Origin: Methanomassiliicoccales archaeon UBA147
GTDB taxonomy: Archaea; Thermoplasmatota; Thermoplasmata; SG8-5
DNA length: 64,000 nucleotides
Direction: 5' to 3'
Assembly (NCBI GenBank): GCA_002496385.1
Contig: DAJR01000023.1
Coordinates: 3,651 to 67,650, forward strand
How positions within the stretch are numbered: the first letter of the stretch is position 1; each line of letters starts with the position of its first letter. Below the pieces are notes generated by a model, which ran no database searches, was not told where the DNA came from, and saw only the letters and a list, made by a program, of their open reading frames with translations. The position numbers and the translations under genes are program-made. Below are positions 54,398 to 63,285 of this stretch, piece by piece.

Positions 54398-55608
54398 CTG
54401 CTCCCCCCGAGGATGGAAAGGAACATTTCCCGAGTGAGCCGAACCGTTCCCTTCAGGGAAAAGTCCCGTGCGATATGCTCCTTTGCCTCATGGCCCAATT
54501 TCGCCCTGAGCGCAGCATCGCCTATCAAAAGGTTCATGCTATCAGCCAGTTCATTAGAGTCCCCTGGGTTCACGAGGTAACCGTTCTTGCCATGATTGAT
54601 GATCTCCGGTATCCCTCCCACCCTGGACGCGACACAGGCATTTCCGCAGGCCATGGCCTCTAAAAGTGAGAAGGGCATGCTCTCGCTTATGCTGGGTAGA
54701 ACGAATATGTCCGCTTGACCAAGGATTTCAGGCATCTCCTCGTATTTCCTTTGGCCGAGGAACGTGATAGCAGTTTCAGGCACACCGCTATCTTTCGCGG
54801 TTTGGGACCACTGACCAACATTTCCGCCACCGACCAAGGTGAGGTGCGTTTCGGGATTTGCCTTATGTACCGCAGCGAAAGCTTCCATCAAATTATTCAG
54901 TCCCTTCAAGGCAAGTAATCTTCCACAGTACAGGATGTTCAACCGTTCCGGGTGGGGTTCATCGATATGGCGGCGGTTGAATCGTTCCAGGTCAACTCCA
55001 TTTCTGATCGTTTTACTGCTGGGAACTTGTTTTTGGAGTATCCATTCAACATCTTTCCGGATGAAATCAGATACGAAAATCATGTTCACGGTGTTCTTCA
55101 AGTAATATCTCTCCACCACGCTTAGGAATGGATATCCCATCCTTACCATCCTTTCAGACTTATCCATGTGCTGGAGATCTCCAGATGATTGTTTGGTGCC
55201 CAGAAATTGACTCGATATGGTTGTATGGGCTGTCGTTATGCTGTTGCACTGCAATCTCCTCAGCTTCAACAAAAGGTCTGGCATGTGGGCATGGTTGGAA
55301 TGGATTAGGTCGAATTTTTCCTTTTCCAACAGAACAGGGAGCCGTCTGGCCACGTTCAATTGATATATTGCATTGTAGAAAAATCGATCTTTGGCTGTGC
55401 TGAGTATATGAATTTTCACGCGGCCGTTGAAATAATCCTCTATCGCCCTAACGGTGGGCGCCTGATTCCCCCCTCGCAGCGTGGTGAATACATGAATTTC
55501 ATCGGATAAGGATAGTTCTCGGGCGAGAAGTATCGAATATGTGCCCACCCCGCCCCAGTTGGGAAGGAACTCGGGGGCGAGCATGGCTATCTTCAGGGTT
55601 TCCATCAA
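54394..55608 (-). CDS. GT4-family glycosyltransferase
   Basis: IAMLAPEFLPNWGGVGTY; ESMPFSLLEAMACGNACVASRVGGIPEII. Confidence 0.8.
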   Translation of the reverse strand: MMETLKIAMLAPEFLPNWGGVGTYSILLARELSLSDEIHVFTTLRGGNQAPTVRAIEDYFNGRVKIHILSTAKDRFFYNAIYQLNVARRLPVLLEKEKFDLIHSNHAHMPDLLLKLRRLQCNSITTAHTTISSQFLGTKQSSGDLQHMDKSERMVRMGYPFLSVVERYYLKNTVNMIFVSDFIRKDVEWILQKQVPSSKTIRNGVDLERFNRRHIDEPHPERLNILYCGRLLALKGLNNLMEAFAAVHKANPETHLTLVGGGNVGQWSQTAKDSGVPETAITFLGQRKYEEMPEILGQADIFVLPSISESMPFSLLEAMACGNACVASRVGGIPEIINHGKNGYLVNPGDSNELADSMNLLIGDAALRAKLGHEAKEHIARDFSLKGTVRLTREMFLSILGGSR

Positions 55609-55700
55609 TCGCCAGTAGTTGGGTTGTCTATATATTCTTTTTGATTTTTTGCATTGGAAAATGATTAATATCCATGCCGCACTCTCAACCCGTTACCATG

Positions 55701-56636
55701 AAATACCTGATAACCGGCGGCGCCGGCTTCATTGGCAGCCACCTCATCAATAAACTTGCTGGGAAGCACGAAATTGTGGTTCTCGACGACCTGAGCGAGA
55801 GCACCACCGACATGATACGGGCCCACATCGACAGCGGTGCAGTCAAATTCATAGAGGCCAGCATATCCGACACAAAAACCCTGGACTCTGCAATGGGGGG
55901 TGTTGACACAGTCTTCCACCTTGCCGCCCACCGGGATGTTCGCGCGGGCGCCGAGAACCCGGCCAAGGACATGGACAATGGCATCCTGGCAACGTACCAG
56001 GTTCTGGAATCCATGAGAAGAAAAGATGTCAAAAGTATTATTTTTTCATCAAGCCAGACCGTGTACGGGGAAGTGTCCGACGAACCAGTCTCTGAGAATT
56101 TCGGACCAATGGTGCCAATCTCGATATATGGCGCCTCCAAGCTGGCCTGTGAATCCCTGATAATGGCCTATTCTCACACATACGGCATGAAATCCTGGAT
56201 TTACCGGTTCGCCAATATCGTGGGGGAAGGCGGGACCCACGGCGTCATTCCCGATTTCATCCTGAAGCTGAAGAAAGATCCGAAAAGGCTTGAGATACTG
56301 GGGGACGGCACCCAGACCAAGCCCTATCTGGAGGTGGGCGATTGCGTGGGCGGGATGCTCTTCGGGTGGGAGAACTCGCACGACAGCGTGAATCTTTTCA
56401 ATCTGGGCACCGAGGGATGGACCAGCGTGACCAAGCTCGCGGAGATGGTGGTCGAGGAATGCGGCCTGAAGGACGTCGAGTTCCATTACAGCGGCGGGAA
56501 GCGCGGCTGGGTGGGCGATGTGCCCAGAATAAGGCTGTCCAGCGATAAGATACGGAAGCTAGGGTGGACTACAAAATACGATTCCGACGAGGCCGTCAGG
56601 GTGGCGGCCAAGGCACTGTACAAGCAATTGTGGTAG
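55701..56636 (+). CDS. NAD-dependent sugar epimerase/dehydratase (GalE/UDP-hexose 4-epimerase-like SDR)
   Basis: ITGGAGFIGSHL, catalytic YGASK. Confidence 0.8.
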   Translation, partial: KYLITGGAGFIGSHLINKLAGKHEIVVLDDLSESTTDMIRAHIDSGAVKFIEASISDTKTLDSAMGGVDTVFHLAAHRDVRAGAENPAKDMDNGILATYQVLESMRRKDVKSIIFSSSQTVYGEVSDEPVSENFGPMVPISIYGASKLACESLIMAYSHTYGMKSWIYRFANIVGEGGTHGVIPDFILKLKKDPKRLEILGDGTQTKPYLEVGDCVGGMLFGWENSHDSVNLFNLGTEGWTSVTKLAEMVVEECGLKDVEFHYSGGKRGWVGDVPRIRLSSDKIRKLGWTTKYDSDEAVRVAAKALYKQLW

Positions 56637-56638
56637 CC

Positions 56639-57148
56639 CTACAATGTCTTCGCGTACTCGAACACATTCCCGGCTTTCAGGATGTCCTTCTGAACCGTTG
56701 ACAGAGGCTTCAGCTTTCCGATCGCCTGCCCGCCTGCTTTGATTGTCCCGGCCTCCGAGTCCATTTCAACAATGTCTCCGGACTTGACCTTGGCCAGGTC
56801 GATATCCTTGATTGTCAGTATCGGGAATCCGGAATTGATTGCGTTTCGCTTGTATATCGCGCCGAACGATTGCGCAGCCACACATATTATCTTGAGCGCG
56901 GCAAAGCAATCCACCGCATGCTGCCTTGAAGAACCCGAACCGAAGTTCTGGCCCGTGATGACGATATCCCCGGGCTGCGCCTTCTTGGCGAAATCCCTAT
57001 AGCCCTCCAGGTTGTCGAAGGCATACTGCCCCATTTCCGCAATTTCAGTGATTGCCAGGTACTTGTTGTGGAATATCATGTCCGTGTCTATATCGTCAAT
57101 AAGCTTGCCCTGCCTCAGCAGCACCCAGGCCCTTCCTTTGAATATCAT
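56639..57148 (-). CDS. leuD: Aconitase-family hydro-lyase small subunit (LeuD / homoaconitase small subunit, archaeal type)
   Basis: ~170-aa swivel-domain protein with GDNIDTD-like DDIDTDMI and GQNFGSGSSR. Confidence 0.8.
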   Translation of the reverse strand: MIFKGRAWVLLRQGKLIDDIDTDMIFHNKYLAITEIAEMGQYAFDNLEGYRDFAKKAQPGDIVITGQNFGSGSSRQHAVDCFAALKIICVAAQSFGAIYKRNAINSGFPILTIKDIDLAKVKSGDIVEMDSEAGTIKAGGQAIGKLKPLSTVQKDILKAGNVFEYAKTL

Positions 57149-58384
57149 TCATTCCACCTCCTGCAATGTGGCAATCCGACCAAGTATGGCAGAAGCCGCC
57201 GCAGTCTCGGGCGATGCCAGGTAAGTGTCACCGGCGCCCTGCTTTCCCGCAAAATTCCTGTTGGACGTGGAAATGTGGACCTGGCCCTCGCCGGTCATGC
57301 CGATCTGCCCTGAAGCGCAGCCGCCGCAACCCGGGTTTGACACGACGAACCCCGACTCGATGAGCGTCGAGATATGCCCATCTTTCAGGAGCCTCTTCCA
57401 GACCTTCATTGTGGCCGGCACCAGCGTTGCCACAATCCCGGGCTTCACCTTCCTGCCCTTCATTATCTTGGCCACCGAGACGATGTCCTCGTATGTCCCG
57501 TTGGTGCAGGAGCCGATGAACACCGAATGTATCGGCCTTCCTCCCAGGGATTCGACGTCAACGACTGCGTCAGGCTTCGGGGGCTTGGCAATCTGCGGCT
57601 TCAGGCCGGAGATGTCCAGGTCTATGGTCTTCTCGTAAACCGCGTCCCTGTCCGGGGTGATGGCTTTCTTCTGGCCGAAATGCTTCAGCACTTCCTTGTT
57701 GGGGACGATGAGGCCGATGATGGCCCCCATCTCCGTGGCCATCGAAGCAAGCGTGATGCGACCTGCCAGGTCAAGCTTGTCGATTGCAGACCCGCGGAAC
57801 TCTATCGCCTTTCCCAGTGCCGTCTTGGTGCCCAACTTCCCTGTGATGAAAAGGGTGAGGTCCTTTGCGGAACAGGTCTTCGGCAGGTCGCCCTTGATGT
57901 TCACAACAATGCTGCCCGGAACCTCGAACCAGGTCTTTCCCGTCTTGAAAACGAATGCAATATCCTGGTCGCCCATGCCCTGGCCGAATGCCCCGACCGC
58001 GCCCATGATGTTGAGATGCGAATCAGTTCCCACCACTGTCGAGCCGGGGTATCCCAGGCCCTCCTCTATCATCACATGGGAGCCGATTCCCGCGTCCACG
58101 TCGTACAGCTTTATGCCCTGCTCCCAGGCGAAGTTCCTGCATATCTGCTGGTTGTTGGCATAGGGAATGGTGTTGGCGGGCACGTTGCAGTCGAACGTGA
58201 AGAACGTCTTCTTCGGGTCCTCGACCTTGTTGCCAGGATAATATTTTTTGAAATTCTTGACGACGTTCGCGCCGCCGAAGTCTCGCGCGGAGCGCACATC
58301 GATGCCTATCCAGACTATCTTTCCCGCAACGACGTCCTCATCCGCGTGTGCGGCCAGAATCTTCTCGACCAATGTTTTACCCAT
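57149..58384 (-). CDS. leuC: Aconitase-family hydro-lyase large subunit (LeuC / homoaconitase large subunit)
   Basis: GIGSHVM, VVGTDSHL, FIGSCTNG, NPGCGGC (Fe-S ligands). Confidence 0.85.
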   Translation of the reverse strand: MGKTLVEKILAAHADEDVVAGKIVWIGIDVRSARDFGGANVVKNFKKYYPGNKVEDPKKTFFTFDCNVPANTIPYANNQQICRNFAWEQGIKLYDVDAGIGSHVMIEEGLGYPGSTVVGTDSHLNIMGAVGAFGQGMGDQDIAFVFKTGKTWFEVPGSIVVNIKGDLPKTCSAKDLTLFITGKLGTKTALGKAIEFRGSAIDKLDLAGRITLASMATEMGAIIGLIVPNKEVLKHFGQKKAITPDRDAVYEKTIDLDISGLKPQIAKPPKPDAVVDVESLGGRPIHSVFIGSCTNGTYEDIVSVAKIMKGRKVKPGIVATLVPATMKVWKRLLKDGHISTLIESGFVVSNPGCGGCASGQIGMTGEGQVHISTSNRNFAGKQGAGDTYLASPETAAASAILGRIATLQEVE

Positions 58385-58664
58385 GGGAGCACCGTAGGGG
58401 AATTCCGTTCGGGATTTAAGGGTTTAGACGTATTTTTGTATTTTTGTCATGGGGATGGAGGGAGAATTTGCATTAATACGCAACCAAAGGCAAAGAGAGA
58501 CGAATCAGAACTTAGGTGGCACCAATCTTAAAATACTCCAAGTCCACCACCCCTATATTCAGTTCCAGCCAGTTCCATCATGCCCCGCCTGTCAGGGCGG
58601 GGTTGTGGCCTGGTTTCCGGAACCAGGCTGATGAACCGATTCTCTATCTTTCATACTTTGGAGA

Positions 58665-58725
58665 CCCAGCCTGTGAGGGCTGGGAGGTATTGACAACGAG
58701 GTTCAACCCGGTGCCGAGTCCCGGC
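58665..58725 (+). repeat. Copy B of the ~60-nt hairpin-forming element shared with 1-75
   Basis: CCCAGCC-TGTGAG-GGCTGGG hairpin; 15-mer CCTGTGAGGGCTGGG identical to revcomp(51-65); AACCCGGTGC at the same +20-nt spacing. Two further hairpins of the same style lie upstream: CCCCGCC-tgtca-GGGCGGGG ~58585 and CCTGGTT-tccgga-AACCAGG ~58605. Confidence 0.45.
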
Positions 58726-58909
58726 CAACCAAAGGATGAGAGAGACGAATCTATGAGCTTGTATCTATTCGCTAATATGACGAACAGACTCTGCCACAAT
58801 ATTTTTACATTCGCTAGTTCGTCGGTTGCGCCTAATGGCATAACAAAATGTTTCTGGCCATTAGGCTAACCATTTTTCATTGTAACCATAATGATAAAAG
58901 AAAGAAAAA

Positions 58910-58983
58910 TGGACTCAGCGGGATTCGAACCCGCGGCCTCTGCCTTGCGAAGGCAGCGATCTACCGGGCTGATCTATAAGCCC
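58910..58983 (-). tRNA. tRNA-Ala (anticodon CGC)
   Basis: Minus-strand read GGGCTTATAGATCAGCCCGGTAGATCGCTGCCTTCGCAAGGCAGAGGCCGCGGGTTCGAATCCCGCTGAGTCCA. 7-bp acceptor stem with the G3:U70 Ala identity pair, A73 discriminator, D-loop, anticodon stem CTGCC/GGCAG with loop TTCGCAA, T-arm GCGGG-TTCGAAT-CCCGC. CCA is not encoded. Confidence 0.85.
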
Positions 58984-59093
58984 ATATTATTTGAAACAGC
59001 CAATAGCATATAAGATATAAACTTTTGTCAGCAACAGCCCGGTATTGGGCCAATTTCTGAACGATGCAATAATCAACAAAAGAAATTAGCCCG

Positions 59094-59233
59094 TATCATC
59101 AAACTAGCGATTAATGGCTTATGTTACCAGAGTCTGTTTGATGAAAGACCGAATTGCACCAAACGCATAGAATTCGGTCGTATCGCCAAACTAGCTATTA
59201 TTACCATATGTTATTGAAGTCTGTTTGGCGTTA
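59094..59233. repeat. Three consecutive hairpins upstream of tRNA-Ala; the outer two are ~50-nt direct repeats with compensatory stem changes
   Basis: Copy 1 TCATCAAAC..(31 nt)..GTTTGATGA (59094-59148); copy 2 CGCCAAAC..(31 nt)..GTTTGGCG (59183-59229), ~80% identical with AT<->GC covariation in the stems. Between them ACCGAATT-15nt-AATTCGGT (59149-59179). Confidence 0.5.
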
Positions 59234-59315
59234 TTAACTCTAGTATTGGGGCGTTTCTCTCTATCTTTCACTTCGTTCATTAACCTTTTATCCCTCCGCG
59301 AAGTTCAAGGTCTCA

Positions 59316-60899
59316 ATGCCCATCTCCGCCTCCGGAAAAGGCTTCGATATCATCCTGGTCTCCGCAGAGTACTGGGACGACCATCCCCTTTCACCTGTCG
59401 GGGTGATAGCCAGGGTGCTGGATGCCAAGGGGTTTTCCATCGGCATAATCGAGAAGCCCGAAACTCCTGAGGATTTCACCCGCCTGGGCAGCCCCAAATT
59501 GTTCTTCGGCGTGACAGCAGGGTCCATCGACAGCATGATGAACAATTACACGCCAATGAAGCACAAACGGGCGGACGACCCGCATGCCAGGAAGCAGAAT
59601 CCCATGCCGGATCGCGCCACCATCGTTTACTGCAATGCCCTCAGGCGGCATTTCAAGGGCTGCACCATCGTCATCGGCGGCATCGAGGCCTCCCTGCGCC
59701 GGTTCACGCATTACGATTACTGGAACAACAATGTCAGGCGCAGCATCCTTCTGGACTCGAGGGCGGATGTACTCGTTTACGGCAACGGCGAGATGCAGAT
59801 AATCGAGCTGGCACAGCGGGCCAGGGCCGGAAAGCCGCTCGCAGGGGTTCAGGGGACTTGTGTGGTATCGAAGACCGTGCCCGAGGGGTTCGGACGACTG
59901 CCCGGCCATGCCCTGGCTGCCGCGGACAAGAAGGCTTTTTGCGAGATGCAGAACCAATTCTCCATCACGAAAAACCTGGCGCAGGAGTATGACAGGAACT
60001 TCGTCCTGCAGTACGCCTACCCGGGATACACGACAGGATTCCTTGACTGGATATACTCGCTCGATTACTCAAGGGACATGCATCCCGAATCGCTCCTCAG
60101 GATGGCGCAGTTCTCAGTCCAGACGCACAGGGGCTGCATCGGGAGTTGCTCGTTCTGCTCCATCGGGCTGCACCAGGGCAACCGGATAATCTCGCGGAGC
60201 GAGGGAAGCATACTGGCCGAGCTCAGGAAAATAGCGGGGCACAGGGAGTTCAGGGGGGTGATTGACGACCTGGGGGGGCCGTCCGCCAACATGTACGGGA
60301 TGGACTGCGATGCCTGCGAAGGCGACTGCACAGCCTGCGGAAAGCTGGACCGCTCCCACGCGCCTCTGATTGCGCTCATGAAGAAGGCCAGGAAGGTCAA
60401 GGGCGTCAGGAACGTATTCGTCCGGAGCGGGGTCCGGTACGACCTGGCCATTGACAGCCCCGAGTACATCAAAGAGCTTGCTGAACATCATGTCTCCGGC
60501 TGCCTGAAGATAGCGCCCGAGCATTTTTCAAAAACGGTTCTGGGGCTGATGAACAAGCCTGGCGAGAGGTTCGACGAGTTCGTCGAGCTGTTCGGCAAGC
60601 TGAGCGCCGGAACCGGCCATACCCTCAGGCATTACCTTATGATTGGGCATCCCGGGGAGGACGCGGCAAGCCTGGACGCACTGGTGAGAAAAGCCCGGGG
60701 TCTGGGTAACATCGAGAACTTCCAGCTGTTCACCCCGACACCGATGACGCTGTCCACCTGCATGTACTGGACCGGGCTGGACCCAAGGACCATGCGGCTG
60801 GTGAAAATCGTGTATGACTATCATACAAAGAAGAAGATGAAGGAGAAGGTCCTGGCAGTCATCAAGGAAAGCGATCCGGATATGGACAAAGATTATTAG
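59316..60899 (+). CDS. ygiQ: YgiQ-family (UPF0313) radical SAM protein
   Basis: N-terminal YgiQ-type domain, CIGSCSFCS CxxxCxxC motif, length and layout typical of the family. Confidence 0.8.
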   Translation: MPISASGKGFDIILVSAEYWDDHPLSPVGVIARVLDAKGFSIGIIEKPETPEDFTRLGSPKLFFGVTAGSIDSMMNNYTPMKHKRADDPHARKQNPMPDRATIVYCNALRRHFKGCTIVIGGIEASLRRFTHYDYWNNNVRRSILLDSRADVLVYGNGEMQIIELAQRARAGKPLAGVQGTCVVSKTVPEGFGRLPGHALAAADKKAFCEMQNQFSITKNLAQEYDRNFVLQYAYPGYTTGFLDWIYSLDYSRDMHPESLLRMAQFSVQTHRGCIGSCSFCSIGLHQGNRIISRSEGSILAELRKIAGHREFRGVIDDLGGPSANMYGMDCDACEGDCTACGKLDRSHAPLIALMKKARKVKGVRNVFVRSGVRYDLAIDSPEYIKELAEHHVSGCLKIAPEHFSKTVLGLMNKPGERFDEFVELFGKLSAGTGHTLRHYLMIGHPGEDAASLDALVRKARGLGNIENFQLFTPTPMTLSTCMYWTGLDPRTMRLVKIVYDYHTKKKMKEKVLAVIKESDPDMDKDY

Positions 60900-60928
60900 A
60901 ATGTACCCGGTTACCTCGCACGTTTCTC

Positions 60929-61912
60929 ATGCCACAATGCACGATTTGCGGACAGGAGACTGCATTCATCCCCCAGTACCAGCAGTGGTACTGTTACCGC
61001 TGCCAGGTTTATCCATATGCCACGCACACTCAGCCAAGTTATCAATCCCCTCCGCAGTATTATGCCCCTGCATACTACGCGCCCCAGTACTACCAGCCTC
61101 CTCCGGCCTATTACCGCCCGCCGGCAGCAGTGCCCAGTTTCCAGGCGGCCATTTCCAAGGTTCATGCGTCGTTCATGATGCGCCAGAGCGCGGACAGGAC
61201 CGTTTCAATGGCCTGGGTATGGGCGATAGTGCTTCTCCAGGTGGTGCTCCCGGTGTCTGCCATAATAACAGGGGTCGCGCTTCTGGCTGGCACGGAATCC
61301 ACAGAGATCGACCCCGGCCACCTTCTTTTGATAATACTTGCGGTGCTCATAGTCTCAATTGCCCTGGCCGCGGTCTATGCGCTCCTCACGTACCGTCTGG
61401 TGGGCCGGAGGGACAGCCATTTCCGGCGGGACAACCTGCTGATGGAGGGCATGGGCGAGTACCTGACCGCTGTCTCGGCCAGCACCCAGACCGACCTCAA
61501 CGTTGAAAGATGGACCATGAACACGCTCCACGTCCAGGGGATGACCCAGGACAGGTCTGCAAGCCTCTGGGCGGTGCTGGTCGCCCTGCTCCCCATAATC
61601 GGGATCATCTTCCTGATTTATTGCATGATGTTCCTCACAAAGGACACCCACCAGCATGACGAGAGGCAGAGGGCGTTCAACCGTTATTTCGAGGCTGGGA
61701 TGGCCCGCTCCGGGAAGGAATTCCGGGCGTCAGGCGCATGGCAACCTCTTCCCAACCGGGATGTCGCGGCCTATGTGATCCTGACCGTGCTCACCGTCGG
61801 GTTGTTCCTCCCCTACTGGTGGTACGTGAACATCGAGGACATGAACCTGCACATGAAGAACCAGTGGGAGTTCGAGAACGCCCTTGTCGAGACTTTCAAG
61901 GCAGAGGCATGA
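60929..61912 (+). CDS. Membrane protein: N-terminal C4 zinc ribbon, Pro/Tyr/Gln-rich low-complexity linker, multi-TM region, C-terminal DUF4234-like motif
   Basis: CTICGQE..CYRCQ; PQYYAPAYYAPQYYQPPPAYYRPP; TM helices; YVILTVLTVGLFLPYWWY. Confidence 0.6.
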   Translation: MPQCTICGQETAFIPQYQQWYCYRCQVYPYATHTQPSYQSPPQYYAPAYYAPQYYQPPPAYYRPPAAVPSFQAAISKVHASFMMRQSADRTVSMAWVWAIVLLQVVLPVSAIITGVALLAGTESTEIDPGHLLLIILAVLIVSIALAAVYALLTYRLVGRRDSHFRRDNLLMEGMGEYLTAVSASTQTDLNVERWTMNTLHVQGMTQDRSASLWAVLVALLPIIGIIFLIYCMMFLTKDTHQHDERQRAFNRYFEAGMARSGKEFRASGAWQPLPNRDVAAYVILTVLTVGLFLPYWWYVNIEDMNLHMKNQWEFENALVETFKAEA

Positions 61913-61916
61913 GCGC

Positions 61917-62450
61917 ATGGAAAATACGCCCCTGAGACCAAGACACCTTCTCATCGCCTTCGGATTCGGCGCCCTCTCGACGCTGGTTGCCTCCTGGGCG
62001 TCGCTGGCATTGATGCTGAGGACCAGCACCTACACGCTTCCTTTCGCGGTCGAGGACGCCGGTCTGGTCACGATTCTGATGGCCGTCATAGTCGCGCCTT
62101 TCGTCGAGGAATTGGCGAAGCCGATAGGCCTCTATTTCATCCGGTCGGAGGAAAAACCGGATTTCAAACTCGGGGATTGGGCGCTCCTGGGGGCAATGGC
62201 CGGGCTCGGTTTCGCAATGGTCGAGAATTTCCTCTATGCCGCCACTGTCCTGAGCTACGGGGCGGATGTCTCGGCAATGCTCCTTGGGCTGAGGTTCCTC
62301 CTCCCGCTCCACATGATCGCCACGGCGATATCGGGATATGGGGTAGGGCTGTGGGCCAAGACAGGGAACGCAAAATATTTCGCGGCCTGCATCTCCGTCT
62401 CGATGCTCCTCCACGGGCTCTTCAACCTTGCCGCATCGGTGGTGGGGTGA
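61917..62450 (+). CDS. PrsW-family intramembrane metalloprotease-like protein
   Basis: PFVEELAKP (EExxK), FAMVENFLY (F..EN), HGLFN (HxxxN) spaced as in PrsW. Five to six TM helices. The start overlaps the previous gene. Confidence 0.6.
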   Translation: MENTPLRPRHLLIAFGFGALSTLVASWASLALMLRTSTYTLPFAVEDAGLVTILMAVIVAPFVEELAKPIGLYFIRSEEKPDFKLGDWALLGAMAGLGFAMVENFLYAATVLSYGADVSAMLLGLRFLLPLHMIATAISGYGVGLWAKTGNAKYFAACISVSMLLHGLFNLAASVVG

Positions 62451-62452
62451 CC

Positions 62453-62806
62453 ATGGGGCTACCGGAAGGAACATTCAGGGGATTGGCGAGAGTCGTTTCC
62501 CCGCTATCATTCTGGATGGCGGCCGGGTGGGCAGCATATCCAACGGCCATCCAGCGCATCAGCGCCGACATGGGCGAGGCGATGGACATTGCAGAAGTGA
62601 GATTGTTCTCCGCCATCATGACGGTTTGCTGTCTGGGGGCGGGCATCGCGCTTGCGGTTTACGGGTTCACGGGAAGGGATGCGAGGGATGAAGACCTCAG
62701 AGCCCTGGCGAAAAAATCTCTGTTGTGCCCGTACTGCGGTGCCACTATGGCATCGGACAACGGGAGGTGTGGCAAATGCGGCAAAGAGATCCCTCGCGTT
62801 CGTTAA
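62453..62806 (+). CDS. Small membrane protein with C-terminal C4 zinc ribbon
   Basis: Start 3 nt after the PrsW stop; two TM helices; CPYCG..CGKCG. Confidence 0.5.
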   Translation: MGLPEGTFRGLARVVSPLSFWMAAGWAAYPTAIQRISADMGEAMDIAEVRLFSAIMTVCCLGAGIALAVYGFTGRDARDEDLRALAKKSLLCPYCGATMASDNGRCGKCGKEIPRVR

Positions 62807-62904
62807 AATCAAAGAAGAACTGACAATCAGAATCCAAATTAATCAACCCCTGGCATAGGCTGGATTAGGGGCTGCCAGGGGTCTGTCCGGTCAACGTTCC
62901 CACT

Positions 62905-62950
62905 GATTGGGGCCGTCGAAGCGTGAAAATAATGAAAAAATATTAGATTC
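62905..62950 (-). terminator. Hairpin plus T-tract downstream of P1 gene
   Basis: GAAGCGTGA..TCACGCTT inverted repeat. The transcribed strand reads tattttttcattatttt in its loop region, an archaeal oligo-T terminator-like tract. Confidence 0.3.
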
Positions 62951-62954
62951 ACGC

Positions 62955-63254
62955 TTAACCGAACAGAGCACCCAGGCCTGCTGCTGCTTCTTCTTCAGAG
63001 ACCTTTTCCTCTTCTTTCTCTTCCTTCTTGGCGGCTGCGGCAGCGGGAGCTGCTGCGGGGGCGGCTGCAACCGGTGCGGCCACTGCGGTCTTCATCGCCT
63101 CGGCGATGTCGACGCCATCAAGGGATGCGGTGAGGGCTTTCACCCTGGCGGTGTCCGGTGTTACTCCGGCCGCTGTCAGGACCTTGCTCACTGCGTCCTC
63201 TGTTATTGCCTTCCCTGCCGAGTGAAGGATCATTGCGCTGTATATATATTCCAT
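62955..63254 (-). CDS. rpl12: Ribosomal stalk protein P1 (aL12/L12e)
   Basis: Ala-rich hinge, acidic [10 protein letters not shown]-terminal AAGLGALFG. Confidence 0.85.
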   Translation of the reverse strand: MEYIYSAMILHSAGKAITEDAVSKVLTAAGVTPDTARVKALTASLDGVDIAEAMKTAVAAPVAAAPAAAPAAAAAKKEEKEEEKVSEEEAAAGLGALFG

Positions 63255-63285
63255 TTTTCATACCTCCATTATCTTTGATCTTGAA

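Noticed and set aside
57374-58531. 385-aa plus-strand ORF
   Set aside because: Antisense to leuC, which is strongly supported by aconitase motifs.
58665-58684. tRNA anticodon-arm-like hairpin / tRNA pseudogene
   Set aside because: 7-bp stem with 6-nt loop and no flanking D/T arms; better explained as a repeated hairpin element.
58625-58700. C/D-box sRNA (UGAUGA at 58630)
   Set aside because: No matching CUGA D/D' boxes at appropriate spacing and no terminal stem.
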